Shown one piece after another: positions 8,828 to 17,789 of a stretch of DNA of 64,000 bases. The notes beneath the pieces are model-generated. The model was not told where the DNA came from and did not search any database. It saw only the letters and a program-made list of their open reading frames with translations. The position numbers were made by a program, and so were the translations under genes. Numbering within the stretch: position 1 is the first letter of the stretch; each line of letters opens with the position of its first letter. This DNA is from Microgenomates group bacterium. GTDB lineage: Bacteria > Patescibacteriota > Microgenomatia > UBA1400 > MFAQ01. The DNA lies in assembly GCA_049303575.1 (NCBI GenBank), contig JBAQNH010000002.1:380541-444540 (forward strand), read 5' to 3'.

Positions 8828-9772
8828 ATGAAACTAAAACTATTTTTCTTCATAATACTCGCAATCTTTCTTATCCCAGTATCCGTTTTGGCGGCCACTT
8901 TTTCAGTTCGTATTGGTCAACCAAAGACACCTACCAATCAGGATAATTTCAAACTAACTTTTGTTGCTCTCGATACTCAAACGAGTGGTCGGAATATTAC
9001 CGTCAAGTGTTTTAAAAAAGGACCTTCTGATGGGGGATACTCCCAGTTTGATGGAGACAAAATTCTAATCGAAGGTGGCAACACTGATTACTGCAACGTT
9101 ACCAGCAGTATTTTGAATTCAAACGGCACTTATTCGTTTTATGTCACTGCCGAAGTTCCTTCCGAACCAATTCTTACAAGTACAACTGTTTTCGTTGATT
9201 ACAATAACTCCGGTCCCAGTACCCCAATCTCTTACTCCAAAGAAAGGTTAAACGACTGCGATTATAAGATTAAGTTCAAAACTGCCAATGATGGCAAAAC
9301 CTCCAAGGTCGAGTTGTATAGGTCAGACTCACCTTCCATCTCCATTGACTCCGGCCATCTTGTGACGACCCAAAACATTGGACCCAACACCGAAGGCTCT
9401 TTCACCAATAGCGTCCCCACTTGCGGCAAAGAATACTACTTTGCTATCAGAGCGGTAGATAACTCCGACAATGTTTCCGGCATTACCGGCGATAGTTTTA
9501 CCAAGGTAATAATCGAAGGTTCAACTACGACAACCGGAACTACCACCCAGCAAGCCCTACTTGCTCAAGGAGGTTCTCAGGTAACCGAGGAAACACCAAC
9601 CGAAGTTGCCGAAACAGCCATTACTCCCTCGAGCGAAGCTACCTCAACCGAATCCGGCACCCCCGAAGTTTTGGGTGCGCAGAAATCTAGATGGGACAAT
9701 ATAAGATGGCTTTCAATTCCTCTGATACTCATCGCGACCTTCTTCTTCCTCAAGTCCAAAAAACGAGCATAA
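8828..9772 (+). CDS. Secreted Ig/FN3-like domain protein with Ser/Thr-rich stalk and C-terminal TM anchor
   Basis: Signal peptide and two beta-sandwich-like modules ('YYFAIRAVDNSDNVSG' is FN3-like). A T/S-rich linker is followed by a C-terminal hydrophobic segment plus 'KSKKRA'. The start abuts the adhesin stop. Confidence 0.5.
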   Translation: MKLKLFFFIILAIFLIPVSVLAATFSVRIGQPKTPTNQDNFKLTFVALDTQTSGRNITVKCFKKGPSDGGYSQFDGDKILIEGGNTDYCNVTSSILNSNGTYSFYVTAEVPSEPILTSTTVFVDYNNSGPSTPISYSKERLNDCDYKIKFKTANDGKTSKVELYRSDSPSISIDSGHLVTTQNIGPNTEGSFTNSVPTCGKEYYFAIRAVDNSDNVSGITGDSFTKVIIEGSTTTTGTTTQQALLAQGGSQVTEETPTEVAETAITPSSEATSTESGTPEVLGAQKSRWDNIRWLSIPLILIATFFFLKSKKRA

Positions 9773-9778
9773 TAGTTC

Positions 9779-10345
9779 TTGATGAAACCAGTTATTGGAG
9801 TCCTCTTAGTTATTTTCTCGATTGTTGTCGTGGCCACAACTTACTTTCCTTTAGTCAAAAATGAAGTTGAGTATCAACTCAACAAAGCGAAAGGACAAAA
9901 AATTGAGGAAGTTACTCCCCTTAGCCAGGAATTTGGTATCGTTATTTCCAAACTTGGTATTAATGCCAAGATAATAAAAAACGTCAACCCCTACGACGCC
10001 AAAATCTACCAGAATGCTTTAACCAAAGGTGTCGCTCACGCCGAAGGCACAGCTCTTCCCGGAGAAGATGGAAATATCTTTATCTTTTCTCACTCTTCGG
10101 AAAACTTTTATGAAGCAGTTCGATACAACTCCGTTTTTTATCTCCTTCCGAAGTTGGAGTTAGGGGATACCATCACCCTCTATTACGATAACAATCGTTT
10201 CGATTACCACGTTTCGGAAAAAAAAGTTGTTGATCCTGGTGATATAAAATATCTAAACGCCAACTCCGAAAAACCCCAACTTACTCTCATGACCTGCTAC
10301 CCGCCAGGAACCAATCTAAAACGTTTCATCGTTGTCGCCAACTAG
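9779..10345 (+). CDS. Sortase family transpeptidase
   Basis: N-terminal TM anchor and a 'TLMTCYPPG' (TLxTC) catalytic-Cys motif. 188 aa. Immediately downstream of the LPXTG substrate. Confidence 0.7.
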   Translation: MMKPVIGVLLVIFSIVVVATTYFPLVKNEVEYQLNKAKGQKIEEVTPLSQEFGIVISKLGINAKIIKNVNPYDAKIYQNALTKGVAHAEGTALPGEDGNIFIFSHSSENFYEAVRYNSVFYLLPKLELGDTITLYYDNNRFDYHVSEKKVVDPGDIKYLNANSEKPQLTLMTCYPPGTNLKRFIVVAN

Positions 10346-10370
10346 ACCTTGTGCCATAATGAAATAAGTT

Positions 10371-11213
10371 ATGGCACATCCGTTTATTACTCTTTTCGCA
10401 CCCCATCCTCACAACAATCACAAAGCCAAAATTCTCCGGCCTCGTTCAATTGTTATCCTCATTGGACTTTTCATCATGGGCCGCTCCATTGTCGACATCA
10501 CTGTCGGCCTCAAACCTGGCGTTCTTGGTTTTGCCTCACAAATTGATCCGGACAAAGTCATCGAGCTAACCAACACGGAACGTCTCAGTGCTGGCGTTAC
10601 CCTTCTTAAAGAAAACTCTGAACTAGATCAAGCAGCCCTCGCCAAAGCTACCGACATGTTTGAAAATAATTACTGGGCACACGTTTCTCCGACCGGCACC
10701 GAACCCTGGTACTTCGTTACCCAGTCGGGTTACGAATATAAACACGCCGGTGAAAATCTTGCCCGTGACTTCAGCAATCCAAAGGATGTTGTGACCGCCT
10801 GGATGGCCTCTCCAACCCATCGTCAGAACCTTCTTGATAATCGGTACAAGGACATTGGTGTCGCCGTCGTTGATGGCTATATCAACGGTGTCGAGACTAC
10901 CATTGTTGTCCAACTATTTGGTTCAACTCAAAACACTGTTGCCAAAATTGCTTCAACCACGGTGACCAATACTGTTTTTGCCAAGGAAGTTCCGGACAAG
11001 CTTATCCCCAGCTCCGGTCTTTCACCCATGGACCTCTCGCGCGCCTGGTCACTAGCCTTTGTCATTCTTATTTTATTTGCCCTTAGTCTCGACTGGATCT
11101 TCGTTCTCCGTTACAACATCATTCGTATCTCAGGTAAAACTTGGGCTCATTTAACCTACTTTGTCGGCCTCGCCATAATTCTCCTTATTATTCGTCAAGG
11201 AATCGTTCTATGA
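10371..11213 (+). CDS. CAP/SCP (YkwD-like) domain protein, membrane-anchored
   Basis: 'NNYWAHVSPTG', 'HAGENLARDF', 'WMASPTHRQNLLDNRYKDIGVAVV' match the CAP domain. TMs are present at both ends. Confidence 0.65.
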   Translation: MAHPFITLFAPHPHNNHKAKILRPRSIVILIGLFIMGRSIVDITVGLKPGVLGFASQIDPDKVIELTNTERLSAGVTLLKENSELDQAALAKATDMFENNYWAHVSPTGTEPWYFVTQSGYEYKHAGENLARDFSNPKDVVTAWMASPTHRQNLLDNRYKDIGVAVVDGYINGVETTIVVQLFGSTQNTVAKIASTTVTNTVFAKEVPDKLIPSSGLSPMDLSRAWSLAFVILILFALSLDWIFVLRYNIIRISGKTWAHLTYFVGLAIILLIIRQGIVL

Positions 11214-11464
11214 AAAAACCAATCCGCAGCCTACTGGACTATCTCCTTCTTACCGTTCTGGTTTCAATTGCCATTGTTCTTACTCTTTACTTCAACGGCA
11301 ACAAGCTCTTCCAGCAGGTTATCGTTATCGGTTTATCTATACTATATATAGTATGGGGTATCCTTCACCACCTAAAGGAGAAGAATCTCCAGGCACAAAT
11401 CATACTTGAATACGTTCTTTTTGGCCTCCTCGGGAGCCTAATAGTTATAGGATTATTAAATTAA
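11210..11464 (+). CDS. Small membrane protein (2-3 TM), hypothetical
   Basis: ATGA overlap with the upstream gene. Hydrophobic helices. Confidence 0.35.
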   Translation: MKKPIRSLLDYLLLTVLVSIAIVLTLYFNGNKLFQQVIVIGLSILYIVWGILHHLKEKNLQAQIILEYVLFGLLGSLIVIGLLN

Positions 11465-11495
11465 CAAACTTTTTCTAGCTGTATAATAGCAAAAT

Positions 11496-12227
11496 ATGAA
11501 AGGAATTGTTTTAGCCGGTGGACGTGCAACAAGACTCAGACCATTAACCTGGGTAATTAGTAAACAGCTTCTTCCTGTTTACGATAAGCCCATGATCTAC
11601 TATCCCATTGAAACCCTAGTCAAGGCTGGTATTAAAGATATCCTCATTATTATCTCTCCTGAAAACTCCGGTCTTTTTCTTAACTTACTCGGAACGGGAG
11701 AACAGTTCGGATGCCATTTTAGTTACGTCATCCAAAAAGAACCTCGTGGTCTGGCCGAAGCTTTCATCCTTGCCGAAGAATTCCTTGATAAAGATGATGT
11801 CACTATGGTTCTTGGAGACAATATATTTGACCACGACTTTTCTGAAGAGATTCGGTCATTCAAAGGTGGTGGCCAAATCTATCTTAAAAAACTCGATAAT
11901 CTTGAAGATGTCAAAAGACTTGGTGTCGTCGAGCTGGACGAAAACAACAAGGTAATCTCTATCGAAGAAAAACCGGCAAAACCCAAGTCAATGTATGTCT
12001 CGGTCGGACTCTACACTTATGACTACCACGTCATCGAAATCGCCAAAAATCTTAAACCATCTGCTAGGGGAGAACTGGAAATCAGTGGTAACCCCAGTGT
12101 AAATAACACCTATCTGGACAACAATAAACTTAAAGCCTGCGTTTTTGATGGTTACTGGCAAGACGCCGGTACCTTTGAAAGTCTATTAGAAGCCGGAAAT
12201 CACATGTCAGAAAAAACTCTACGCTAA
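11496..12227 (+). CDS. rmlA: Glucose-1-phosphate thymidylyltransferase-like nucleotidyltransferase (short RmlA)
   Basis: 'MKGIVLAGGRATRLRPLT...SKQLLPVYDKPMIYYPIETL'. At 243 aa it is shorter than canonical RmlA. Confidence 0.6.
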   Translation: MKGIVLAGGRATRLRPLTWVISKQLLPVYDKPMIYYPIETLVKAGIKDILIIISPENSGLFLNLLGTGEQFGCHFSYVIQKEPRGLAEAFILAEEFLDKDDVTMVLGDNIFDHDFSEEIRSFKGGGQIYLKKLDNLEDVKRLGVVELDENNKVISIEEKPAKPKSMYVSVGLYTYDYHVIEIAKNLKPSARGELEISGNPSVNNTYLDNNKLKACVFDGYWQDAGTFESLLEAGNHMSEKTLR

Positions 12228-12230
12228 AAT

Positions 12231-13229
12231 ATGAAAATACTTGTCACTGGTGGTGCAGGATTTATCGGTTCCAACTTTATTCATTACTGGTTAGAAAAAC
12301 ATCCTGAAGATGAGATCATTAATTTTGATCATTTAACCTACGCCGGACATCTCGAGTCTCTTCAGTCAATTAAAGACAATCCCCGCTATTCTTTCATTAA
12401 AGGAGACATCACTGATGCCAAAGCCGTCGACGCAGTCGCCTCCAAGGTTGATGCCATTATTCATTTTGCCGCCGAAACTCACGTCGACCGTTCCATTCTT
12501 GACCCTCTCATTTTTACCAGAACCAACATCATCGGTACCCAAAATCTTCTCGAAGCAGCCAAAAAATTCGGCATCAAAAAATTCCATCATGTTTCCACCG
12601 ATGAAGTTTTTGGAGCATTACCCCTAGGAACAGAAGACAAGTTTAATGAGACCACCCCCTACAATCCTCACAGTCCCTACGCCGCCTCCAAAGCGAGCTC
12701 GGATCACATCGTCAGAGCATATTTTGATACTTTTAATATTCCGGTAACAATAACCAACTGCAGCAACAACTTCGGCCCCTACCAAGATCCTGAAAAATTT
12801 ATGCCCCGCATGATCACCAATCTCCTTATGGGGCAAAAAGTTAAAGTCTACGGTGACGGCAAATATGTCCGTGACTGGCTTCATGTAATCGATCACTGTC
12901 GTGCCATTGAACTGGTTTTCCTTAAAGCAGTTCCAGGCAGTACCTACTGTGTCGGTGGTATGACCGAAGACGTCAATAATTTGGAAGTTGCTCAAAAAGT
13001 AATTAAACTTCTGGGCAAAAACGAAGCCGACTCTATTGAATTTGTTACCGATCGACCGGGTCACGACCGCCGTTATGCCGTCGACTGGACAAAAATAAAC
13101 AAAGACCTAGGCTGGTCTCCTCAATACGACTTTGACTCTTGGCTGGAGAAAACTGTCAGCTGGTACAAAGATAACGAAGACTGGTGGAAACCACTTAAAG
13201 AAAAATCTGAATCAATTTATAAAAAGTAA
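12231..13229 (+). CDS. rmlB: dTDP-glucose 4,6-dehydratase
   Basis: 'MKILVTGGAGFIGSNF', 'TDEVFG', 'YAASKASSDHIVRAYF'. 332 aa. Confidence 0.8.
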   Translation: MKILVTGGAGFIGSNFIHYWLEKHPEDEIINFDHLTYAGHLESLQSIKDNPRYSFIKGDITDAKAVDAVASKVDAIIHFAAETHVDRSILDPLIFTRTNIIGTQNLLEAAKKFGIKKFHHVSTDEVFGALPLGTEDKFNETTPYNPHSPYAASKASSDHIVRAYFDTFNIPVTITNCSNNFGPYQDPEKFMPRMITNLLMGQKVKVYGDGKYVRDWLHVIDHCRAIELVFLKAVPGSTYCVGGMTEDVNNLEVAQKVIKLLGKNEADSIEFVTDRPGHDRRYAVDWTKINKDLGWSPQYDFDSWLEKTVSWYKDNEDWWKPLKEKSESIYKK

Positions 13230-13279
13230 AAAAATGAGATTCCAATCAATTAATTTTGTTAAGACGGAGCTGATGTAAC

Positions 13280-14173
13280 ATGAGCAAAATAAAAGTTCTT
13301 GTCACCGGCGCCTCAGGTTTAGTTGGTTCACGTTTCATTGAGTTAGCTAAAAACTATCTCTTTATTACCCCTGAGTATCCCGATTTTGATCTTACCGACG
13401 AAAAGCTTGTCAAAAAAGTCATCGACGAAAACAACCCGGAATGGATTGTAAACTTCGCCGCCTTTACCGATGTCAACGCCGCCGAAGGACAGATGGGGGA
13501 TGAGTCCGGAGCAGCTTGGAAAGTAAACGTCGAAGGGGTTAATAATCTTCTTAAAGCTTTTCCCTCCAATAAAATTATTCAAATTTCCACCGACATGGTT
13601 TTTCCTGGCAGTGTCAATCACCCTGGACCTTACTCCGAGAACGACAAAACACCCGACGTCAAAGACAATCTCACTTGGTATGGCTGGACCAAAAATCGTG
13701 CTGAAAAAGCAGTTCTCAATCATGGTGGCACAGTCCTACGCATCATCTATCCTGTTAGAGCCCATTACGAACAAAAGCTTGATTATCTACACGCCTCTCT
13801 CAAAAAATTTACCGACGGCACGATGTATCCGTTGTTCAGCGACCAGCAAATCTGTATCTCCTTCATCGATGAAATCGCCGAAACTCTCCAAAAAATTATT
13901 GATACCGACAGTACTGGTATCTTTCACTGTTGCTCCGACACCACCACACCCTTTGAATTAATTTCCTTCACTGTCGATCAGTTAGGTGGAGACGCTTCAA
14001 CAATAAAATCGGCCTCCATTCTTGATTTCTTAGCCACTCAAACAAATAAAAATCGTTATCCTGTCTATGGTGGTTTAAAAACAGTTAAAACCGAAGAAAA
14101 GCTAGATCTCCATTTCTCGGCTTGGCAGACCGTGGTTGAAAAACTTATCGGTCAGGGGTTATCCTTAAAGTAA
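13280..14173 (+). CDS. rmlD: dTDP-4-dehydro-6-deoxyhexose reductase (RmlD-like SDR)
   Basis: 'KVLVTGASGLVGSRF', 'YGWTKNRAEKAV'. 297 aa. No rmlC is present in the cluster. Confidence 0.55.
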   Translation: MSKIKVLVTGASGLVGSRFIELAKNYLFITPEYPDFDLTDEKLVKKVIDENNPEWIVNFAAFTDVNAAEGQMGDESGAAWKVNVEGVNNLLKAFPSNKIIQISTDMVFPGSVNHPGPYSENDKTPDVKDNLTWYGWTKNRAEKAVLNHGGTVLRIIYPVRAHYEQKLDYLHASLKKFTDGTMYPLFSDQQICISFIDEIAETLQKIIDTDSTGIFHCCSDTTTPFELISFTVDQLGGDASTIKSASILDFLATQTNKNRYPVYGGLKTVKTEEKLDLHFSAWQTVVEKLIGQGLSLK

Positions 14174-14949
14174 TGAAGCTTTTTGTAAAGCTCTTCTTAG
14201 CTACGCTTACCCTCCTCTTTTTTAGTACGGCCACCACGACCGTCTTTGCCGATGCCAAATCAGACTATGAGTTTCAATATAGTCGCTATCGTCAAAACTA
14301 CATCGAGTACTCGATTCTAAAAAAGGACTTTCTCGCCAATCCTACTCTCGACAACCAGCAAAAAGCAGTTCTTGCTGCCAAACAAACCCTCTCTTCAAGA
14401 GATCTGTCCAAAGCTAATTTCGCTGCCTATCTCCTTGATCTTTGTCAGGAAAAACAAACCAACTACGCTCCCATAAAACCCCTTCTCGACTCGTTGAGGT
14501 CGGCCAAAGCCTTCTTCTTTTCCGAGGCCGAAAAATCTAAAGCTATCGTCACCCCAGCTAACCTGGCTTCATTTACCGAAGACTATTTAATCAATGTTGT
14601 TCCTCATAATCGTAGTTTCCGCACGGGGATAGTCGCTTGCAAAATTTCCCAGTTAGTCCGTATTCAGGCCCAGTCCAAAAATGCCCTGGATGTCATTCTC
14701 CCTAAGTTAGCCACGCCTCTTTCGACTCCGATTCAAACTCGAATCGATGATCTTCAACTCTTGGGAAACAAAATTAATGACTCCATCGACACTTTCACCG
14801 ACAAACTCTACACCGAAGAAGAAATTAGTAATATCGACAACGAATACTACTTCACTGGCAAAATTGAGACTCTTAAAAAAATTCAAACGCTCCAGCTGAA
14901 ATGGATCGATAGTCTAATAGACATTGACCTAAACTATGCCCATTCCTAA
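14173..14949 (+). CDS. Secreted hypothetical protein
   Basis: Signal peptide. No recognisable motifs. Confidence 0.4.
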   Translation: MKLFVKLFLATLTLLFFSTATTTVFADAKSDYEFQYSRYRQNYIEYSILKKDFLANPTLDNQQKAVLAAKQTLSSRDLSKANFAAYLLDLCQEKQTNYAPIKPLLDSLRSAKAFFFSEAEKSKAIVTPANLASFTEDYLINVVPHNRSFRTGIVACKISQLVRIQAQSKNALDVILPKLATPLSTPIQTRIDDLQLLGNKINDSIDTFTDKLYTEEEISNIDNEYYFTGKIETLKKIQTLQLKWIDSLIDIDLNYAHS

Positions 14950-15301
14950 ACTCGAAATCACCAACCCCCAAGCTCTCGAAGTAATAGGAAAAGTTAAATC
15001 TGGAGAAATTTTTGTTCCTCTCTCCACCTGGTTTAAAAAAACCAAATGGTATCTGATATCCATCTTAATTGTTATTATTCTCCTCATTGCTCTTGTCGTC
15101 GGTAAAAATCTCTCCGAAAAAACACCTGTCCCTGTGTTCACCCCTCCGGACATCGAAAGTGTTACCCCACCGGAGATCATCGATTTAAAGTCAGACTTCT
15201 CCGGACTCAAGGAGGAGATTCAAAATCTAAACACTGAACTCCCCGATCCCTTAATCCCCACCTTTGACGACAACCTCAACCTCGAAGAAACCGTTAACTA
15301 A
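14936..15301 (+). CDS. Single-pass membrane protein, hypothetical
   Basis: One TM after aa ~45. Overlaps the upstream gene by 14 bp. Confidence 0.35.
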   Translation: MPIPKLEITNPQALEVIGKVKSGEIFVPLSTWFKKTKWYLISILIVIILLIALVVGKNLSEKTPVPVFTPPDIESVTPPEIIDLKSDFSGLKEEIQNLNTELPDPLIPTFDDNLNLEETVN

Positions 15302-15328
15302 TATTACTTATGTGATAACATAAAAATC

Positions 15329-16057
15329 ATGGCCAAAGATACATCTAAAAAAACAATTAAAAAAATAACCAAAACTATGCCAAAAACTAGTCTCAAAACC
15401 AAGAAGGCTGTCAAAGTAATTAAAAAAATGCGCGTCGCCCCAACTCCTAAAGCAGTTTCGGTGAAAAGAAATTTTAATGTTATTCTTCTCGTCAAAATTC
15501 TCCTTATCATCGCCATCGGAGTAGTTGTTTTCTTGTTAGTCCAGAAAAATAGAGGCTTGTTCATTGCCGGCACCGTTAACAAGACCCCCATTTCTCGTTG
15601 GGAGCTAAACGCCAAAATGGCCGAAAAATATGCCTCTCAAACTTTCGAAGAAATCGTCTCCGAAAAACTTTTGGCTGAAAATCTCAAGAAAAACAAAATT
15701 GTCGTTACCCAAGAGGAAGTTCAAGCCGAACTAGCCAAGATTAAACTCCAGTACGGAGGAGAAGAACAATTCAAAGCCGCTATTGTTCAGTTTGGTATGA
15801 CCGAAGAGAAAGCACTCCAATCAATTGAACAGAGTATTGGTCTCAAGAAAATCATTGAAGCCCAAGGCAAAATCGAGATCACCGACGCTGCAATCTCTCA
15901 ATATTTTACCGAAAACAAAGCTAACTACACCGGTAAAAAACTTGAAGATGTCGCGGTTGAAATCAAAGAAATTCTATACCAGCAAGAGATTTACACCAAA
16001 TCCCAAGAATGGTACTCAGAAATTAGGAAGAACGCTCAGGTGAGTAGCTTCCTCTAA
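15329..16057 (+). CDS. Membrane-anchored SurA N-terminal-domain-like chaperone protein
   Basis: Lys-rich N-terminus, one TM, then a helical domain resembling the SurA/PrsA N-terminal domain. No PPIase core is evident. Confidence 0.4.
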   Translation: MAKDTSKKTIKKITKTMPKTSLKTKKAVKVIKKMRVAPTPKAVSVKRNFNVILLVKILLIIAIGVVVFLLVQKNRGLFIAGTVNKTPISRWELNAKMAEKYASQTFEEIVSEKLLAENLKKNKIVVTQEEVQAELAKIKLQYGGEEQFKAAIVQFGMTEEKALQSIEQSIGLKKIIEAQGKIEITDAAISQYFTENKANYTGKKLEDVAVEIKEILYQQEIYTKSQEWYSEIRKNAQVSSFL

Positions 16058-16072
16058 AACAATCACTGCCCT

Positions 16073-16885
16073 GTGAAAGAAAAAAAACCAGTAGTAATCG
16101 CGATACCCAAGCTGACAATCAGTGACGTAAAAGAGTTTGCCATAAAATGGTCAACTCCTTTACTCACCGCTCTGGCTGTCGTTATTCTCTCCATTACTGG
16201 CCTTGTCTTAAGTCGGGGAGAGAACAAAACTCAGTCTCAAACGGAAACAGGTGCAGTTCAACTTGAACTTCCGTCAGACAGTCTTGCTCTTTCTCCACCC
16301 GATTACCGCAGTAGCAACTCCATTGAGTTGGTCCTCAAAAACAGGAAAACCAGACTCGATTTTACCGATGGAGCCCTTACCCTCAAACAAATTTCCCAGC
16401 TTCTTTGGGCAGCCCAGGGTGTCAACGTCGACTGGGGTGATCGAACCGCCCCTTCGGCCAAATCCACCTATCCTCTTACTGTTTTTCTCATCGCCAACAA
16501 AGTCGACGGTCTCGACCCTGGGGAATACCAATATATTCCCGGAGACAGAACCATGGTTCATCAGCTCAAGCCGATTAAAAAGGTAGAGATAGGGGAGGCT
16601 CTCTTTGATCTTCTTAATCAGAGTTCCTTCAACAAAGTTCCCGCCGTCCTAGTCATCACTGGTGACATGAATAAAATGGCCGAAGCCTATGGAGGCATTC
16701 GCCATGACAAAGAAGTTTTTCTTGAAGCAGGCTACACCGCCCAAAATATTGCTCTTCAAGCAGAGAGTCTCAAACTGGGAACCAACGTCAACACCAACTT
16801 TGACGAACTTAAGTTAAGAGAACTAATCACTGTTCTCAGCACCGACACTATTATTAGTTTGATGCCCATAGGCATACCAAAATAA
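16073..16885 (+). CDS. SagB-type dehydrogenase (nitroreductase superfamily), N-terminally membrane-anchored
   Basis: GTG start. 'STYPLTVFLIANKVDGLDPGEYQYIPGDRTMVHQLK' matches the SagB-family YP...GxYxY...HxL block. An N-terminal TM is present. Confidence 0.5.
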   Translation: MKEKKPVVIAIPKLTISDVKEFAIKWSTPLLTALAVVILSITGLVLSRGENKTQSQTETGAVQLELPSDSLALSPPDYRSSNSIELVLKNRKTRLDFTDGALTLKQISQLLWAAQGVNVDWGDRTAPSAKSTYPLTVFLIANKVDGLDPGEYQYIPGDRTMVHQLKPIKKVEIGEALFDLLNQSSFNKVPAVLVITGDMNKMAEAYGGIRHDKEVFLEAGYTAQNIALQAESLKLGTNVNTNFDELKLRELITVLSTDTIISLMPIGIPK

Positions 16886-16890
16886 ATAAT

Positions 16891-17079
16891 ATGGCAGAAA
16901 TAATAAATCCTCAGACCGAAACTCAACCTCCACTTTTTGCTCCGGATGGTTCTCCAAGTAAAGAGGTCAAAGAAGCCCTCAAGGAGATGGAGATGGAACA
17001 AAATAGGGAATACTCCAAAAAATTTGCTGAAGAAATCGCAGACTTAATTGAAGAAAGACACAAAGACCACGCTCCTTAG
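16891..17079 (+). CDS. Small acidic helical protein (62 aa), hypothetical
   Basis: Lies 5 bp downstream of the SagB-like gene. No Cys/Ser/Thr-rich core. Confidence 0.3.
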   Translation: MAEIINPQTETQPPLFAPDGSPSKEVKEALKEMEMEQNREYSKKFAEEIADLIEERHKDHAP

Positions 17080-17718
17080 TTAGTTACCTTTCCTCCACTC
17101 GGCAATTTTTTTGTGATCACCCGAAAGTAATATCTCCGGCACCTTCCAGCCCTTGTATTCTGCCGGTCTAGTGTACTGTGGGTATTCTGTCTCAAATGTC
17201 TCCGAGTAAGACTCTTCATCAAGAGATTTTGGATTTCCTAAAGCTCCGGGAAGTAAGCGAACAATGGAGTCCACGATCACCATCACTGGTAGTTCTCCAC
17301 CCGACAAAACGTAAGGACCAATAGAGTAAACCTCATCGACCAAATTGTCGTGGACACGATGATCAATTCCTTCAAAGTGGGGGGCAATTAAAATCAAATG
17401 TTCCTCAGTCTTTAGGGTCTCCGCTGCTTTTTGGTTGTACATTTTACCTTTGGTGTCTAACAAAATTACTTTGGAACCCGGTTTTTTTAAATCTGCCAGG
17501 GCGCGATCAACGACATCAACTCTCATCACCATCCCTGCTCCACCACCGAATGGTTTGTCATCCACGCTCTTGTAGTTGTCATCGCTCCAGTCACGCAAAT
17601 TATGAACTTTAATATCCACAATTCCTGTCCCTGTTGCTCTGCCAATAATCGAGGTCCCAAAAACCTTCTCAAACATTTCCGGAAAAATCGTCAAAATATC
17701 TATTTTCATCAACCCCAA
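17080..17718 (-). CDS. trmD: tRNA (guanine37-N1)-methyltransferase
   Basis: 'MKIDILTIFPEMF...', 'GGGAGMVMR'. 212 aa, lacking the usual C-terminal extension. Confidence 0.85.
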   Translation of the reverse strand: MGLMKIDILTIFPEMFEKVFGTSIIGRATGTGIVDIKVHNLRDWSDDNYKSVDDKPFGGGAGMVMRVDVVDRALADLKKPGSKVILLDTKGKMYNQKAAETLKTEEHLILIAPHFEGIDHRVHDNLVDEVYSIGPYVLSGGELPVMVIVDSIVRLLPGALGNPKSLDEESYSETFETEYPQYTRPAEYKGWKVPEILLSGDHKKIAEWRKGN

Positions 17719-17789
17719 TTATACAGTTAGTCTTCTTCTAATCTTCTTCAAGCTAATAATCGTACTGGAGGATATATAATATCGTCTAT

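Noticed and set aside
10349-10546. 65-aa ORF overlapping the start of the CAP-domain gene
   Set aside because: Alternative frame of a gene with clear CAP-domain motifs. His/Cys-rich composition reflects codon-frame shift, not a real protein.
16073-17079. Possible TOMM (thiazole/oxazole peptide) biosynthetic cluster
   Set aside because: Only the SagB-like dehydrogenase is present. There is no YcaO/cyclodehydratase, and the adjacent small ORF has no Cys/Ser/Thr-rich core.
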